Below, piece after piece: positions 16,537-27,386 of a DNA stretch of 36,231 nt. The first letter of the stretch is position 1. Each line of letters begins with the position of its first letter. The DNA comes from a virus (taxonomy: Duplodnaviria > Caudoviricetes), in the IMG/VR virus record IMGVR_UViG_3300036798_000115, positions 1-36,231 of that record; one strand, 5' to 3'. A model generated the notes under the pieces. It was given only the letters and a program-made list of their open reading frames with translations, had not been told where the DNA came from and searched no databases. Both the position numbers and the translations under genes were made by a program.

Positions 16537-19116
16537 TCAACCAACCCGTGTCACCGACAGGTAATTCACGGTACTGGCGACTTGCAACGCCAGCGCGGGA
16601 TTGCAATACGTCCACAACTCAAGGTAGTCACCTACTGTTGCACACTGAATAACGTCACTGACAGTCGCACTCATTGCAAACCCGGACGCATACGGAATGC
16701 CCTCACCACCGAGTGCAGCCCCCACCCCATTCTTATAGACAGCAGCTTGCACATACTGTCCCGATGCTGCCGTGGCCGGAACATAGACCTGACCGTTGAC
16801 TTGATAGAAACCTTTGATCGGCAATACGATACGACTGTTCACCAGGTCCACAATCTTGCTGGTGTCAAACGTAACAGTATCAAGTGGCACCTTCTGCCAT
16901 GTTGTGCCAGAAGGAGTCCATGCCGATCCTCTGTAGGCACGTGCCACAATCGTTGTGTACTGTCCCCACGCTCCACTACCAGTGTTAGACAATTCAGTGC
17001 CATCGAATGACACCTGACCACCTGCTGTGAAAGCTCCACTGCCATACACTTCTGCGTTGCCGTATTCCACTTCAGCAATGACAGTTGCGTAAGCAGGTAT
17101 GTCGATGTAAAGCTGAGTGTAATAGACAGTCCCGCTGACCAGCACTTCAGAAGACATAGATGGAAATATTTGGTACGGTCCCTGTCCGTGGACACGCTCC
17201 AACGTTGGGGGATTAGAGATACCAGAGGTGAACACCGAGCGGGTGAAACTGCCAGTGTAATAGGTTGTCCAGACCTTGATCGTAATTGGAGCGCCATTCT
17301 CCCAATTGACGGTATCTCTCGACTTGTAAAGTAAGACCAACCGCCGGGGATTGGCGTCATGGACGGTGTTACGAAAGTAACGACGTTTGATTCCATATGG
17401 AATGTCAGTGGCATTACCTGCTGTCACAGTGAACGGTAATGACATTGTGGGAAGACTCCCACCTGCACCGCTGACGTACATGCTACCAGGGATGCCACCA
17501 CTAGCACCCAATTGACTGAGTACCAGGTTTCCAGCAGTATCAGAAATCGGGGCACTGACACCATTGCTAGGTTTGGTTATCCATCGCCAACCAGGTGAAT
17601 CTCCATCATTATACGGTGGAGCTACTGAACCCTGAGTGACCATCGCTGCGTCAACGTGAAAGGTCTGCGCTGGCACAATGTTGCCGCGAACGCACAGATA
17701 GACATTCGACTGGTTACTAGCCGGAGTCCAGGTGATCGTGACCAGCGTCCACCCGGTGCCGACAATGAAACCCTTGAGAACGTTGTCACTAGAGGCAGCG
17801 CCCAGCCCAATCGCAAGATTTGTACTCCCTGACACTGCACCTCGAACAAGCACCTGTGCTGTTAGTGGAACACCCTTGAGCGCAGTCGTGGCAAGCTGAG
17901 TGATGATACCTTCGCTGATTGATACGCCATCAGTAGTGATCGACACGTACTTGACACCCTTACCACCACCTGAACCAACCACCAATAAGCTTGCACCTGG
18001 ATTGAGCCAGTAAGCTGGCACAGTGGTAGACCACGCGGCAGCAACAGTTGAACCTGTAAGATCATACTCAAATGACGGGTTGAGTACAGTATTTGGAAAC
18101 GTGGACACAGCCGGTGCACCAGGTGGACCAACCATGTTGATAGGTACACTGGCACTGTTACCCGGAGTGCCTGCCCACGTCCAACCTTTGGTGTCACCAT
18201 CCACATAAGCGGCGGTACTACCTTGCACCAACGACGCCGCATCTGCGTTGGCATCGAAGATGTTGGTACTGTCAAGGAAACTGACATACCAGCGCACACT
18301 TGCGTAAACAGCAGCAGGCGCGGCCTGCGCAGTTACAGACAAGCTGTAACGAGTACCTGCAACTGGACCAGCGCTGGCAGCACCGTCATTCTGACCAATG
18401 AGTGCGCCGGTAGCGTCATACTGCAACAGACGCGCGGTCAACCCACGGGCGATCCCACCCGACAGTGAATTGACCAATACTGAGATACTGAAAGTATACG
18501 TTGCACCACCGAGTACCGGAATGCCATTAGTGCCGGTCGGTGCAGACTGACCAGGTGAGATTACCGAACCAGTTGTCCCGGTGTTGACCACATGCGCAGA
18601 GTTGACACCCTTGAATGCACCTGCTGCTTGAACCGCTACAGTTTGGGCCGAGTTGACCCACCAAGCAGGCTGGTTACCCACTACATCATATTCAAATGAC
18701 GGATTGGGAATCAGGTTGATTAGTGCAGCTTGTGGTCCAGCAGGTCCAGTTACTCCTTGTGGTCCCTGTGGTCCAGTTGCACCTGTAGCACCAGTGGGAC
18801 CTTGTGCACCTGTTTGTCCTGTGTTACCTATTGGACCTTGTGGACCAGTTGGACCTACTGGACCTGGAACTGTACTGTCAGCACCAGTTGCACCAGTTGT
18901 GCCGATTGGACCTTGTGGACCTTGTGGACCTACTGGACCTACATCGCCTTTTTGTCCAGTCATTGCATATGGAAGACCAGACCATTGTGTTACACCATCA
19001 CCGATCTTCCATTGGTTAGTATCAAGTTCAGTGCCCATCTCACCATGTGCAAGCAATGGGTTAGCGGCGGTCCACTCAGCAGCGGTGCCACGGCGAATCT
19101 GAATCGTTTGTGCCAT
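16537..19116 (-). CDS. multidomain fibre/adhesin: Mtd_N-like N-terminus, collagen repeat, two CBM-like repeats, C1q-like C-terminus
   Basis: [11 protein letters not shown]...KIGDG; about 25 GXY triplets; NPSFEYD...DAA...Y.DGD..GW.W twice; VPLDTVTFD...PIKGFYQV...YKNG...GDYLELW. Confidence 0.85.
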   Translation of the reverse strand: MAQTIQIRRGTAAEWTAANPLLAHGEMGTELDTNQWKIGDGVTQWSGLPYAMTGQKGDVGPVGPQGPQGPIGTTGATGADSTVPGPVGPTGPQGPIGNTGQTGAQGPTGATGATGPQGPQGVTGPAGPQAALINLIPNPSFEYDVVGNQPAWWVNSAQTVAVQAAGAFKGVNSAHVVNTGTTGSVISPGQSAPTGTNGIPVLGGATYTFSISVLVNSLSGGIARGLTARLLQYDATGALIGQNDGAASAGPVAGTRYSLSVTAQAAPAAVYASVRWYVSFLDSTNIFDANADAASLVQGSTAAYVDGDTKGWTWAGTPGNSASVPINMVGPPGAPAVSTFPNTVLNPSFEYDLTGSTVAAAWSTTVPAYWLNPGASLLVVGSGGGKGVKYVSITTDGVSISEGIITQLATTALKGVPLTAQVLVRGAVSGSTNLAIGLGAASSDNVLKGFIVGTGWTLVTITWTPASNQSNVYLCVRGNIVPAQTFHVDAAMVTQGSVAPPYNDGDSPGWRWITKPSNGVSAPISDTAGNLVLSQLGASGGIPGSMYVSGAGGSLPTMSLPFTVTAGNATDIPYGIKRRYFRNTVHDANPRRLVLLYKSRDTVNWENGAPITIKVWTTYYTGSFTRSVFTSGISNPPTLERVHGQGPYQIFPSMSSEVLVSGTVYYTQLYIDIPAYATVIAEVEYGNAEVYGSGAFTAGGQVSFDGTELSNTGSGAWGQYTTIVARAYRGSAWTPSGTTWQKVPLDTVTFDTSKIVDLVNSRIVLPIKGFYQVNGQVYVPATAASGQYVQAAVYKNGVGAALGGEGIPYASGFAMSATVSDVIQCATVGDYLELWTYCNPALALQVASTVNYLSVTRVG

Positions 19117-19442
19117 TAGACTCCACCACCATCAATCAATGACATACCACCGTAAACTGAACCAGGACTTCCACCATCAGTGTTACCACCAGTTGTACCA
19201 ATTGGACTGATCGCCCAAAGCTTGTCATTCTCATCCTTGACAACTGCAACTGTGTCACCTGCATTCGCACCTGTTTCAACTGCAAACTCATGCACTCCAC
19301 CATCAAACGAATCAATGGTAACAGAACCGTTTATACTGTCATCTTTACGAGTGACAGTGGCAGACGCAGCGACACGTTGATCGTTACTAACTAGTTGCTG
19401 TTGCTGGAATAGACCAGCGAGATAGTCAGCGTCACCAGTCAT
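19116..19442 (-). CDS. short baseplate spike-like (gpV N-terminal OB-fold-like) protein
   Basis: Position after the hub; AGDTVAV...W motif; Gly-rich DGG tail. Confidence 0.55.
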   Translation of the reverse strand: MTGDADYLAGLFQQQQLVSNDQRVAASATVTRKDDSINGSVTIDSFDGGVHEFAVETGANAGDTVAVVKDENDKLWAISPIGTTGGNTDGGSPGSVYGGMSLIDGGGV

Positions 19443-21469
19443 GTGCCCGGCCAGTGTCTAGGAAAGAACCCACTACTATGTGAGTCAGCTTCACCATTGC
19501 CACCCCACGGTAAGACAGCAGCACCTACACCTGAACGGATACCACTGTGCGAAGTGTTAGCCTGCACATGACCAACAGGTGCAGGTAACTTGAATTCAAT
19601 GAACACATGTCCTGACTCACCAGGGTTAGGGTTAGTCCATATTGTCATTACCCTTCCTTGACCTGCCAATCCCCATGTGATCAAACCACCAGATGCTTCT
19701 GGCTGTCCCAACAAACCAGCAGCATGGAGACAAGCTGACACATAACCAGAACAGTCATAAGGACCTTTGAACTTTGGATCATGCCCACCACCAAACACGT
19801 ATGGGTAACCCTTCTTGCTAACTTCCACTGCTTTAGCATACACCTGATCAATCTGTTTGTTACCACTTCCTGCTACTGTAGAACCAACCATGTTACCTTT
19901 GACTGTAACTCTTGTTGTAGATGGTGCAGGTTCGGGAAGTGCAGGTTGTGGCAGATGAAGTGTAATAGTGCCGACGTTCGAGAACAATGGACGTTCAACC
20001 TGTGACACTATCCAGCGTCCGTTAGCTGGACCTGAATCTTCCACTACCACACATACACCAGGTGGAGCTTGCCATCGGCCAAGATGTGCAGTCACAGTGC
20101 ACTCAGTGACAACCTTACCAGTGTCAATGGCATAATTGATCGTGTCGATTCCCTCAGTGGATTCACTAATCGTGTCATACGGAATCGAGCGAACCAATGA
20201 ATCGTCATCCTGGTAATACAGTGTGTTGTCCACCATGAAAGCTCGCCACTGCACTTCTTTAGCCAAGCGGGTTATTGCCATCCATGAATCTTCTCTCTGA
20301 CCATTCAGGCACCGTTGGAAAGTGTAAGCATTCAACTCAGTGTAACTTGCACTGGCACTACCTTCACTTGTACCCCACAGCTTTATTGTGTTCTTTGCTT
20401 CACTCTCCCACTGTGCATAATAAGATGCACCAGCGCCACTTGCTTGCACACACTGTACTAGATCAGCTAAAGGTCGGCTTGGACTGTTCCTATAACACTT
20501 GATTGCCTGATTGAAATATGCAGTTGCATCACCAGGTATTCCATGATCCATCGCGGGCCATTGTGAACGTGCACCACCAATGTATTTCTCTTGACTGAAC
20601 AAACCCATACCTAGTGTCGGATTGTTCAGAATGGTAACTGCTGACTCCTGAGTGATACACATGACGGCAGATACCAATACTGCATATGGCATCTTCATTG
20701 ATTCACCAGTGGTCAACACTTGTGAAATGTAGTCAATCTGTTGTGGGGTGGCACGTGCATGTTTCACTGTCACTGGCGCATGTGGTGCAAAGCCGCGACC
20801 TTTAGTGGCTTGTGTCTGTGTCTTTGTCGGAAGCTGCTTGGTGTTCTTGATTGCCTGCATCTGATGCAGTTCACTTGAATAGAATTGAATGCCACCAGGC
20901 ATAGTGGTTACTTCATCACACATAGCTTTGACTGCCATTGCACGTGTGAACGTTGCAGTACGTGTCCATGTCTTTGGCTTGTCATATCGGCGCAACTCAT
21001 GTACTGCACGATTCTCAAATATCAAAGTGAACACATCATCTGTTTTATCCACTGAACACAAGCAGAAGTCACGGCCATCAAGTGTGGCGTAAATCTCATT
21101 CCATGTAACAGGTGTCGGTGCTACCACCATATGCTTGCGGCCACGTACTCTGACAATCAGTCTCGGTTTGTCTACACTCACCCAATCCGCCAGTAAGTGA
21201 TGAATCAACACACGACTGGAATCTTCAACGTCCAGTTCAAGTGTAGCTGCACCTTCCAATGTTTCAGTGATCTTACCGTCAATGATCGCATTGTGCAGGT
21301 CATCAGCAACAAGCAGGTCATTGATGAACAGTAAGTCAAGGTTAGTGTCAATCGGATAGTTGAGAAGCGATGGAACAGGTGCAGTTTTATTTGCAGCAGT
21401 CTTCTTCTTGTGAGCAGGTTGAGGGTGCCTCTTAGTTGAGTGTTTTACAAACTGTGTGTAACTAGGCAT
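19439..21469 (-). CDS. baseplate hub with cell-wall hydrolase domains (C-terminal NlpC/P60)
   Basis: PYVFGGGH...YDCSGYVS...HVFI; internal CITQES...QCVQAS lysozyme-like segment; GRWIVSQVER hub motif. Confidence 0.8.
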   Translation of the reverse strand: MPSYTQFVKHSTKRHPQPAHKKKTAANKTAPVPSLLNYPIDTNLDLLFINDLLVADDLHNAIIDGKITETLEGAATLELDVEDSSRVLIHHLLADWVSVDKPRLIVRVRGRKHMVVAPTPVTWNEIYATLDGRDFCLCSVDKTDDVFTLIFENRAVHELRRYDKPKTWTRTATFTRAMAVKAMCDEVTTMPGGIQFYSSELHQMQAIKNTKQLPTKTQTQATKGRGFAPHAPVTVKHARATPQQIDYISQVLTTGESMKMPYAVLVSAVMCITQESAVTILNNPTLGMGLFSQEKYIGGARSQWPAMDHGIPGDATAYFNQAIKCYRNSPSRPLADLVQCVQASGAGASYYAQWESEAKNTIKLWGTSEGSASASYTELNAYTFQRCLNGQREDSWMAITRLAKEVQWRAFMVDNTLYYQDDDSLVRSIPYDTISESTEGIDTINYAIDTGKVVTECTVTAHLGRWQAPPGVCVVVEDSGPANGRWIVSQVERPLFSNVGTITLHLPQPALPEPAPSTTRVTVKGNMVGSTVAGSGNKQIDQVYAKAVEVSKKGYPYVFGGGHDPKFKGPYDCSGYVSACLHAAGLLGQPEASGGLITWGLAGQGRVMTIWTNPNPGESGHVFIEFKLPAPVGHVQANTSHSGIRSGVGAAVLPWGGNGEADSHSSGFFPRHWPGT

Positions 21470-22135
21470 TTACTTTCCTGCATGTGGTAGCTTTATCCAT
21501 TTGCCAGCTTTCAGATGAGTAGGACTGTGCATCTTATTCAGTTTCGCAATGGAGTGCCACTGAGCTTGGTCACCATAGAAATAAGCTGCAATCTTCTGTA
21601 GTGTGTCACCTCTCTTGATCCTGTACCTTCTAGGAACAGAGATTGCAGGTAGCCTTTCCTTAGCCTGCACAATCTTGTCAGGTACGTACTCCCACAGTGT
21701 TACTGTCCCTTCTTGACGTACCCTAGACAAACTTTCATTGATGGTATAGTCACCCCATGCAATAGTTGCTAGTACCCACTTCTTAGTGTGATCATGTGTC
21801 CAGTCATGTGGAACACCACCCTGACCGTCAACAATCAGTATGGGTGTGCGTGGCTTGTTCTGCATCTTTTCAGCCAAGCGTTCAACCTTACGTATGTACT
21901 GTTCCACTGAATTCATTGCACTACCAAGCTGAGGGTTCCATCCCATTTGGTCAAACGCAATTGGAATCTGTAACTCGTAAGTGGGTGCACCCTGCCACTC
22001 GGTGAATGATGTACGCCACCTACGCTGTATCTGTTGCCAACCTTCAGGGTCATGTTGCACAACCACAACTGGCGCTTGTAACTTGGCACGTACAACTATC
22101 TTCAGTTCATATGAAGTGAGCGTAACGTATTTCAT
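21470..22135 (-). CDS. LysM-domain tail tube initiator
   Basis: YRIKRGDTLQKIAAYFYGD...W..IAKLN...LKAGKWIKLP. Confidence 0.88.
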   Translation of the reverse strand: MKYVTLTSYELKIVVRAKLQAPVVVVQHDPEGWQQIQRRWRTSFTEWQGAPTYELQIPIAFDQMGWNPQLGSAMNSVEQYIRKVERLAEKMQNKPRTPILIVDGQGGVPHDWTHDHTKKWVLATIAWGDYTINESLSRVRQEGTVTLWEYVPDKIVQAKERLPAISVPRRYRIKRGDTLQKIAAYFYGDQAQWHSIAKLNKMHSPTHLKAGKWIKLPHAGK

Positions 22136-23970
22136 CGCCGCGCCATTCTGTCAGTTGTGAACTTACCAACTGCACGTGCAATCTCTTCACGTCGAATCTG
22201 TACCGATATGATAAACGGTGGCATAACCTTGTCAGTCTGCTGAACGTTGCCAAAGGTACCTGATGGATGAATCCTCGCACCTTGTGGCAAGCTCACCAGT
22301 TCAGGACCAGCTTCACCGACCATTGCCATTCCAGGTGCCACCACTGTTCCGCCATACTGTGCACCTGTTACTGAAATACCAGATGGCACCGAGATAGGTC
22401 CGATATGAGTGTGTTTGATCTTGATATGCAAGTTACTGATCCAGTGCCATGCATCTTTGAACGGTTGGATTATGGCATTGAAAAGACCTGAGAATGCACT
22501 GGCGATCTTACCCGGAATGGAAGTGACAAAGTGCCATACATCACCCATCAGTGTTATAACCTGACTGTGGAACTTTACGAACAGTGCAATAACCAGACCG
22601 ACAGGACCAGTGAATATCCCGACAATCAACGGCCACCATGTCTTCAGGAAGTTGATTGTGGAAGTGACCGCTGTTGTTACAGCATGTTCGATGTTATGCC
22701 AAGCATTAGTAACCCAATGCACAACATCACCTGCCACTGCCTTTACTGTCTTCCAATGCTTGACTAGCAAGATGACAACTACAATGACTGCCATGATTGC
22801 AAGTACCCATGGATTAGTCATTGCTGCCCATGCGTCCATTGCCATTGCTGCTATCTTACAGGCAAGAATTTCTACCTTGATAGCAACATATGCAAGTGCC
22901 ACAAACTTCAATACATCTATCAGTTTCTTCAGCATGTCATGATGTGTCTTGAAATACTGAGTGACAGTGTGAATTATCTGACCCATCAGTTTGAAAGCCG
23001 GATTCATATTCTTGGCAATGACAGCGTACAGTTTCATTATCCAACCGAACACAGTGAACAGTGCAGGTGCAAGATGCTCTGCAAACTGTACCTTCAAACC
23101 CATGGTTGCCAGCTTCAGTTTTATCTGTGCCTCATGCAGCTTCATTGCATTCTTAGTGGCATTACCATTTAGTGTAACTCCGTAAGCTGCTGCTTCTTTA
23201 CGTTGGTCTGCCAGTGCTTTGGAACCTTGACCTAGCATCGGCATCAACTGTTGCCAACTGCGACCGAACAGTTTAGTTGCAATTGCAGTTTTCTCTGCAC
23301 CACCAGGCATCTTGTCAAAGTGGTCAATGACTGTACCTAGCATGGCATTCATGTTGTGACCATGTGCTTTCAGTTCATTCATACTGATACCCATGGACTT
23401 GAACAGTGCAACAGACTTCTTGCCACCTTTACCACTAGTTGCTGTTTCAAACTGAGTGGCAACAGACTTCATTGATATGCCGAATGCACGTGCATTCACA
23501 CCGTATACTGATGTGAGTGCCTGCCAACCAACTGCATCTTTGGTTGACATACCCATTACTTCATGGAATGACTTTGCATTCTTGGCAAGCTCAGTTGTTT
23601 GTTCAACAGATGACTTGATAGTGTCTAGTGATACTGCACCTGCTGCCATTCCTACAAGTGTACCTACTACTGGACCACCAGGCATGAGTGACTTACTAGC
23701 TACACCTTCAACGTGACTTCTCATAGCACGATATGAACTGGCAGTCTTATGTGCCATAGATGCCATTGCACTAGCTGTGCTGTGTGCAGCTTCTTTGAGT
23801 CTGCCAACTACACCATGAACTTTGTTCATTGAAGTTGTAGCTTCTATGGCAGTCTCTTTTGATGCAGTGCCAATCTTCCTGATTGACACAGCAGCTTCTT
23901 CTGTACCTGTAAGGAACTGTTGCAGGTCCTTCAGGCGTATGACAATCTCTACAGCTTCATCATCTGCCAT
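22132..23970 (-). CDS. tape measure protein
   Basis: Ala-rich helical sequence with Trp-spaced repeats and hydrophobic segments; VGEAGPELV; lies after the chaperone. Confidence 0.9.
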   Translation of the reverse strand: MADDEAVEIVIRLKDLQQFLTGTEEAAVSIRKIGTASKETAIEATTSMNKVHGVVGRLKEAAHSTASAMASMAHKTASSYRAMRSHVEGVASKSLMPGGPVVGTLVGMAAGAVSLDTIKSSVEQTTELAKNAKSFHEVMGMSTKDAVGWQALTSVYGVNARAFGISMKSVATQFETATSGKGGKKSVALFKSMGISMNELKAHGHNMNAMLGTVIDHFDKMPGGAEKTAIATKLFGRSWQQLMPMLGQGSKALADQRKEAAAYGVTLNGNATKNAMKLHEAQIKLKLATMGLKVQFAEHLAPALFTVFGWIMKLYAVIAKNMNPAFKLMGQIIHTVTQYFKTHHDMLKKLIDVLKFVALAYVAIKVEILACKIAAMAMDAWAAMTNPWVLAIMAVIVVVILLVKHWKTVKAVAGDVVHWVTNAWHNIEHAVTTAVTSTINFLKTWWPLIVGIFTGPVGLVIALFVKFHSQVITLMGDVWHFVTSIPGKIASAFSGLFNAIIQPFKDAWHWISNLHIKIKHTHIGPISVPSGISVTGAQYGGTVVAPGMAMVGEAGPELVSLPQGARIHPSGTFGNVQQTDKVMPPFIISVQIRREEIARAVGKFTTDRMARR

Positions 23971-24188
23971 CAGTTACCACCAAACAATTTGGCGACACAA
24001 TTGGCTATACGCTGTGCCTGGTTTTCTTCACGCTGATCCATAAGCCTATACACTTGTTCAGCGAGAGCTTGCATCAGTAACCGTTCCATGGAGTCACTGA
24101 CAGTGAGGAATTGCCATCCTGACATTCCAGCTAACTGCACCTTGGCAGCTTCTATTAGTTCAGTCTCTTGTTTGACTAACCTAAAAAA
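23970..24188 (-). CDS. -1 frameshift extension of the tail assembly chaperone (gpGT-like)
   Basis: Slippery T TTT TTA at 24188-24182; the -1 frame FRLVKQETE...LFGGN is open to a TGA that overlaps the tape measure ATG. Confidence 0.85.
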   Translation of the reverse strand, partial: FFRLVKQETELIEAAKVQLAGMSGWQFLTVSDSMERLLMQALAEQVYRLMDQREENQAQRIANCVAKLFGGN

Positions 24189-24709
24189 TCTTCATCTGCC
24201 GTGCGGGTTTTATCAGTTAGCCATCTTGACAGCAAGATGTTTGCTTCAATGACACTATGCTCAGAGCCATACAGTCCAAGCACAACATCACGTGAGTCAT
24301 CAGCAGGGTAGTCAAGAGTACGTGCCAGTTCAAGTGACCTGAAGTTCACCTGACGTTCCTTGTCAAGTGGTCGCCAGTCACGGTGAATATCCTTGCGGAT
24401 CAGTACATTCTTTGACGCTGCAATGAGAGTGTCAAGTGATGCCAACAGGTTCATACCGATACCGTTGACATTCTTTGTCTCACGCCGAATGTCACGTGCA
24501 ATCAACTCAGTTACTTCTGAGTTGATGTACTGATACTCAATAGCAAGTAGACCTTTGTAACCAGGTACTTCCATGGTCTTAGTTGTACCAAACAGGTTAG
24601 TAGCTTCAGCGCGAAGTTGCTTCAGGTTGTCAAGGAGTGCACCTTGCGTATCTTCATCAACTTCACCATTGGTTACAGCTTTAGCGTGAGTAGTAAGTTC
24701 TTCTTCCAT
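24176..24709 (-). CDS. tail assembly chaperone (gpG-like)
   Basis: Between tube and tape measure; AGGAGAG precedes ATG 24709. Confidence 0.85.
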   Translation of the reverse strand: MEEELTTHAKAVTNGEVDEDTQGALLDNLKQLRAEATNLFGTTKTMEVPGYKGLLAIEYQYINSEVTELIARDIRRETKNVNGIGMNLLASLDTLIAASKNVLIRKDIHRDWRPLDKERQVNFRSLELARTLDYPADDSRDVVLGLYGSEHSVIEANILLSRWLTDKTRTADEDFLG

Positions 24710-24716
24710 TTCTCTC

Positions 24717-25142
24717 CTAGCCAACTGTCAGGTTGTTCAATTCAATGACCACCTGAATGATTGCAGCGTTGTTAGTGTTTGAGTCAACCTTTGGATCAGT
24801 TACAGTTTTGAGTACACCATTGCCGATGATCGGGCTACCGTAAGGTTGATATGACCTGTCAAGTGGTTGCTTCTGTACTTCACATAAACCGATGCTGCAC
24901 TTGTCCAACAGGAACCCGATGATTGGATTGTCACGTGACAGTCGATAGTTCCTGCCGATTGTCAAGTCAGTGTAGATACTACCGCCGCCAAGTGACTCTT
25001 CAGTTGGCTGTCCACCTGACCTGTACTTGACACTGTTTGTGTCCTTGTCGCCGCCAGCCCATGTATCCCATACACCAAGGTCAGTACCGTCAATTGACAG
25101 GTGAACAAGAAATAGGTTTTCGCGTGAACCGTCACTCATCAC
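24717..25142 (-). CDS. tail tube protein
   Basis: 141 aa directly after the sheath; KYRSGG...LGG...DLTIGR. Confidence 0.8.
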   Translation of the reverse strand: MMSDGSRENLFLVHLSIDGTDLGVWDTWAGGDKDTNSVKYRSGGQPTEESLGGGSIYTDLTIGRNYRLSRDNPIIGFLLDKCSIGLCEVQKQPLDRSYQPYGSPIIGNGVLKTVTDPKVDSNTNNAAIIQVVIELNNLTVG

Positions 25143-25151
25143 TTACTCCTT

Positions 25152-26273
25152 TCACGCTGCTAGTGATTCAGTGATTGGCACCTTGGCAATGTTGATAATC
25201 ACCTGTTCTGCCATGCTTGAAGTGTGCAGTCCAACGTTCGCTGCAAGAATACCTTGAGCGAAGTTAGCTGGTGTGTTCACAGCAGGACCAACATCGACAC
25301 TGAATGCTTCTGCTGAAGTGTCACCGAACAGGTCACCTGCCTGCCAGAACTGCAACAGCTTGTTAGAGATTGCACCACCGAACTTCTTTGCAACACGTAG
25401 CACTGAGTCAAGCTTGCTGAATTCAAAGTTCTCAGCAACGACACTGAGTTGATACTTCACTGCCATGACAGTACGGCTGTTATTGAAGAATGACCAGTCA
25501 GTATCCTTTGTCTGATCAGCGAGTGAACGCCAACCATAAGTGCGAATGCCACTCAACATGTTACGAGTGACATTGATACTCGACTCATTCAACAACTGCC
25601 TGTCACTATCTGTCAGTGGTGGTTGTGACAGGTCCTGAATGTACTTGGCGATACCCAACACACCAGATGCAGGGTCACCAGATGAGTAACCAAGTGCATC
25701 ATTCCGTGCGAGGTTACCTGCAATACGTGCCGATGGTGGCACTATACGTGTTGTACCTGGTGTCAATCCAGGTGCAGTATCCCACGGCCAGAAGTAACCG
25801 GAGAACCTGTCACCAGGTTGACCGACAAGTGCATCAGTCGCCGCCGTCAGGTCAGCAACCACACTGTCATCAAGTCCATCCAACAGTGCAATTCGAGTGC
25901 CATCTACACAGTGATTCATCAACCCTAGTTGAGTCACACTGTCAGTGGCACCAAACGAAACCATTGAACCAGGACCAAGATCAGGAGTGAACTGATCCAT
26001 ACCTGTCACAATGTCTGCTGGCAAAGCTGTTGTCGGCAACCCGTTGACATATGCACGGAATCCACCTTCACGGAAGAATACCTGTACACCATCCCAAAAT
26101 GGGTTACCGGCCACTCTCTGACCGAACAGTGACTCGAACTGATCAATGGAATAGATCAGGTCGAACCCTGGTGTAGCAACAGGACCAACAGCGAATAGGG
26201 TTGCAATGTCAACAAGCTCACCAGCGTTAGGTGGTGTTTCAACAATGTTGACCTGCCATCCCGGTAGTGACAT
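25152..26273 (-). CDS. contractile tail sheath protein
   Basis: FFREGG..AYV, RIALLD, YFWPW, VPPSARIAG, LNESSIN and YGWRSL motifs. Confidence 0.92.
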   Translation of the reverse strand: MSLPGWQVNIVETPPNAGELVDIATLFAVGPVATPGFDLIYSIDQFESLFGQRVAGNPFWDGVQVFFREGGFRAYVNGLPTTALPADIVTGMDQFTPDLGPGSMVSFGATDSVTQLGLMNHCVDGTRIALLDGLDDSVVADLTAATDALVGQPGDRFSGYFWPWDTAPGLTPGTTRIVPPSARIAGNLARNDALGYSSGDPASGVLGIAKYIQDLSQPPLTDSDRQLLNESSINVTRNMLSGIRTYGWRSLADQTKDTDWSFFNNSRTVMAVKYQLSVVAENFEFSKLDSVLRVAKKFGGAISNKLLQFWQAGDLFGDTSAEAFSVDVGPAVNTPANFAQGILAANVGLHTSSMAEQVIINIAKVPITESLAA

Positions 26274-26283
26274 TTATTTCCTC

Positions 26284-26925
26284 CTAGGAATTCAAGTCAA
26301 CGTTTATGTCAACTTGTGAAACGTCCGGGTAAGTGAGTGGATATGCATGTGGATCATCAGGTACAGTCAACACACCATCAGGTCCACGGAATCCCTCAAA
26401 CACATTGATTACATCTTCAACTTCAACAGTGAACACTAACCGTGCAGATGAAATCATCTGTTCCAGTATTGGCGGCCAGTCATCATACTTTTCATCATTC
26501 CACTCTACACCTGATGCCCAACCTCCTAGCTCCGGCATCTGTAACATGATCATACGGATAGCTGCACCGTAGTAACCTGACAAGTCTTTTGCATCTTGGT
26601 CTGTACCTGCTGACACAACTGAGCCAACTGCAATTACCCACCATGCTCTTGTTGTACCATCACCATCACGCCTTGGTGTCTTACCAGGACTCAGACCAGG
26701 TGACACAACTGCAACCATTGGCAGTGTGTCTTGTGGATTTCTGGCAAACTCTTGCTTGATTCTCCATGACTTTGGAAGTGGCAGTGACTTTACTGGTAAC
26801 TGATGGAAGCGCTCAATAGCAGCGATGTAAGTTTCCATCCAAGTCTGTAGGTGAGTAGTTACATTGTGTTCAACAATCGACCTATCGACAATCGTTTGAA
26901 CGTCACTATAAACATCAACGCTCAT
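26284..26925 (-). CDS. neck / tail terminator protein
   Basis: Synteny only (between the morphogenesis gene and the sheath). Confidence 0.6.
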   Translation of the reverse strand: MSVDVYSDVQTIVDRSIVEHNVTTHLQTWMETYIAAIERFHQLPVKSLPLPKSWRIKQEFARNPQDTLPMVAVVSPGLSPGKTPRRDGDGTTRAWWVIAVGSVVSAGTDQDAKDLSGYYGAAIRMIMLQMPELGGWASGVEWNDEKYDDWPPILEQMISSARLVFTVEVEDVINVFEGFRGPDGVLTVPDDPHAYPLTYPDVSQVDINVDLNS

Positions 26926-27386
26926 ATCTCACCTGTCATGATGTAGCGTTGTACCATCTTTGTCAGTTCCACACGTTCAACTTCAGTCAACTGGACCAGT
27001 CTACGTTGTGGCATATTCTTAGTACCTGTCTGCTGAAAGATGGCATATGGAATATGAGTGCCGTAACGCAACCAGTCTTCAGAAGTCTCAGCAAGTGAAT
27101 CAGCAGTTTCACCAGTAAGTGAATTGTACAGGTCTTCTGTTGCACGTTCTATCCACGGTAACTGTCCCTTACGTGCTTTTGCTTTGAGTGTACTTTCAGC
27201 AAGCTCCGGCCAACCACCTGAGCCATGTGCACCCTGAGTAAGAAACTGTACCTGTTCAATTAGCTTCAGTGTCTTCAGTATCTCTTTCCACAGTTTCTCA
27301 GTTGTCCGTGCGTTATTACTCATCCGTAGAAAGGTACGGTCAATCTGAGTTTCACCCAATACTTCAAGTGTGAATTCAAGTGGCAT
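26922..27386 (-). CDS. phage virion morphogenesis protein (Mu gpG-like)
   Basis: WPELAESTLKAK...LYNSL...PYAIFQQTGTKNMPQR. Confidence 0.85.
   Translation of the reverse strand: MPLEFTLEVLGETQIDRTFLRMSNNARTTEKLWKEILKTLKLIEQVQFLTQGAHGSGGWPELAESTLKAKARKGQLPWIERATEDLYNSLTGETADSLAETSEDWLRYGTHIPYAIFQQTGTKNMPQRRLVQLTEVERVELTKMVQRYIMTGEI

Noticed and set aside
16537-19116. Diversity-generating retroelement target, suggested by the Mtd_N-like start
   Set aside because: No reverse transcriptase and no TR/VR pair differing at adenines was seen in the window.
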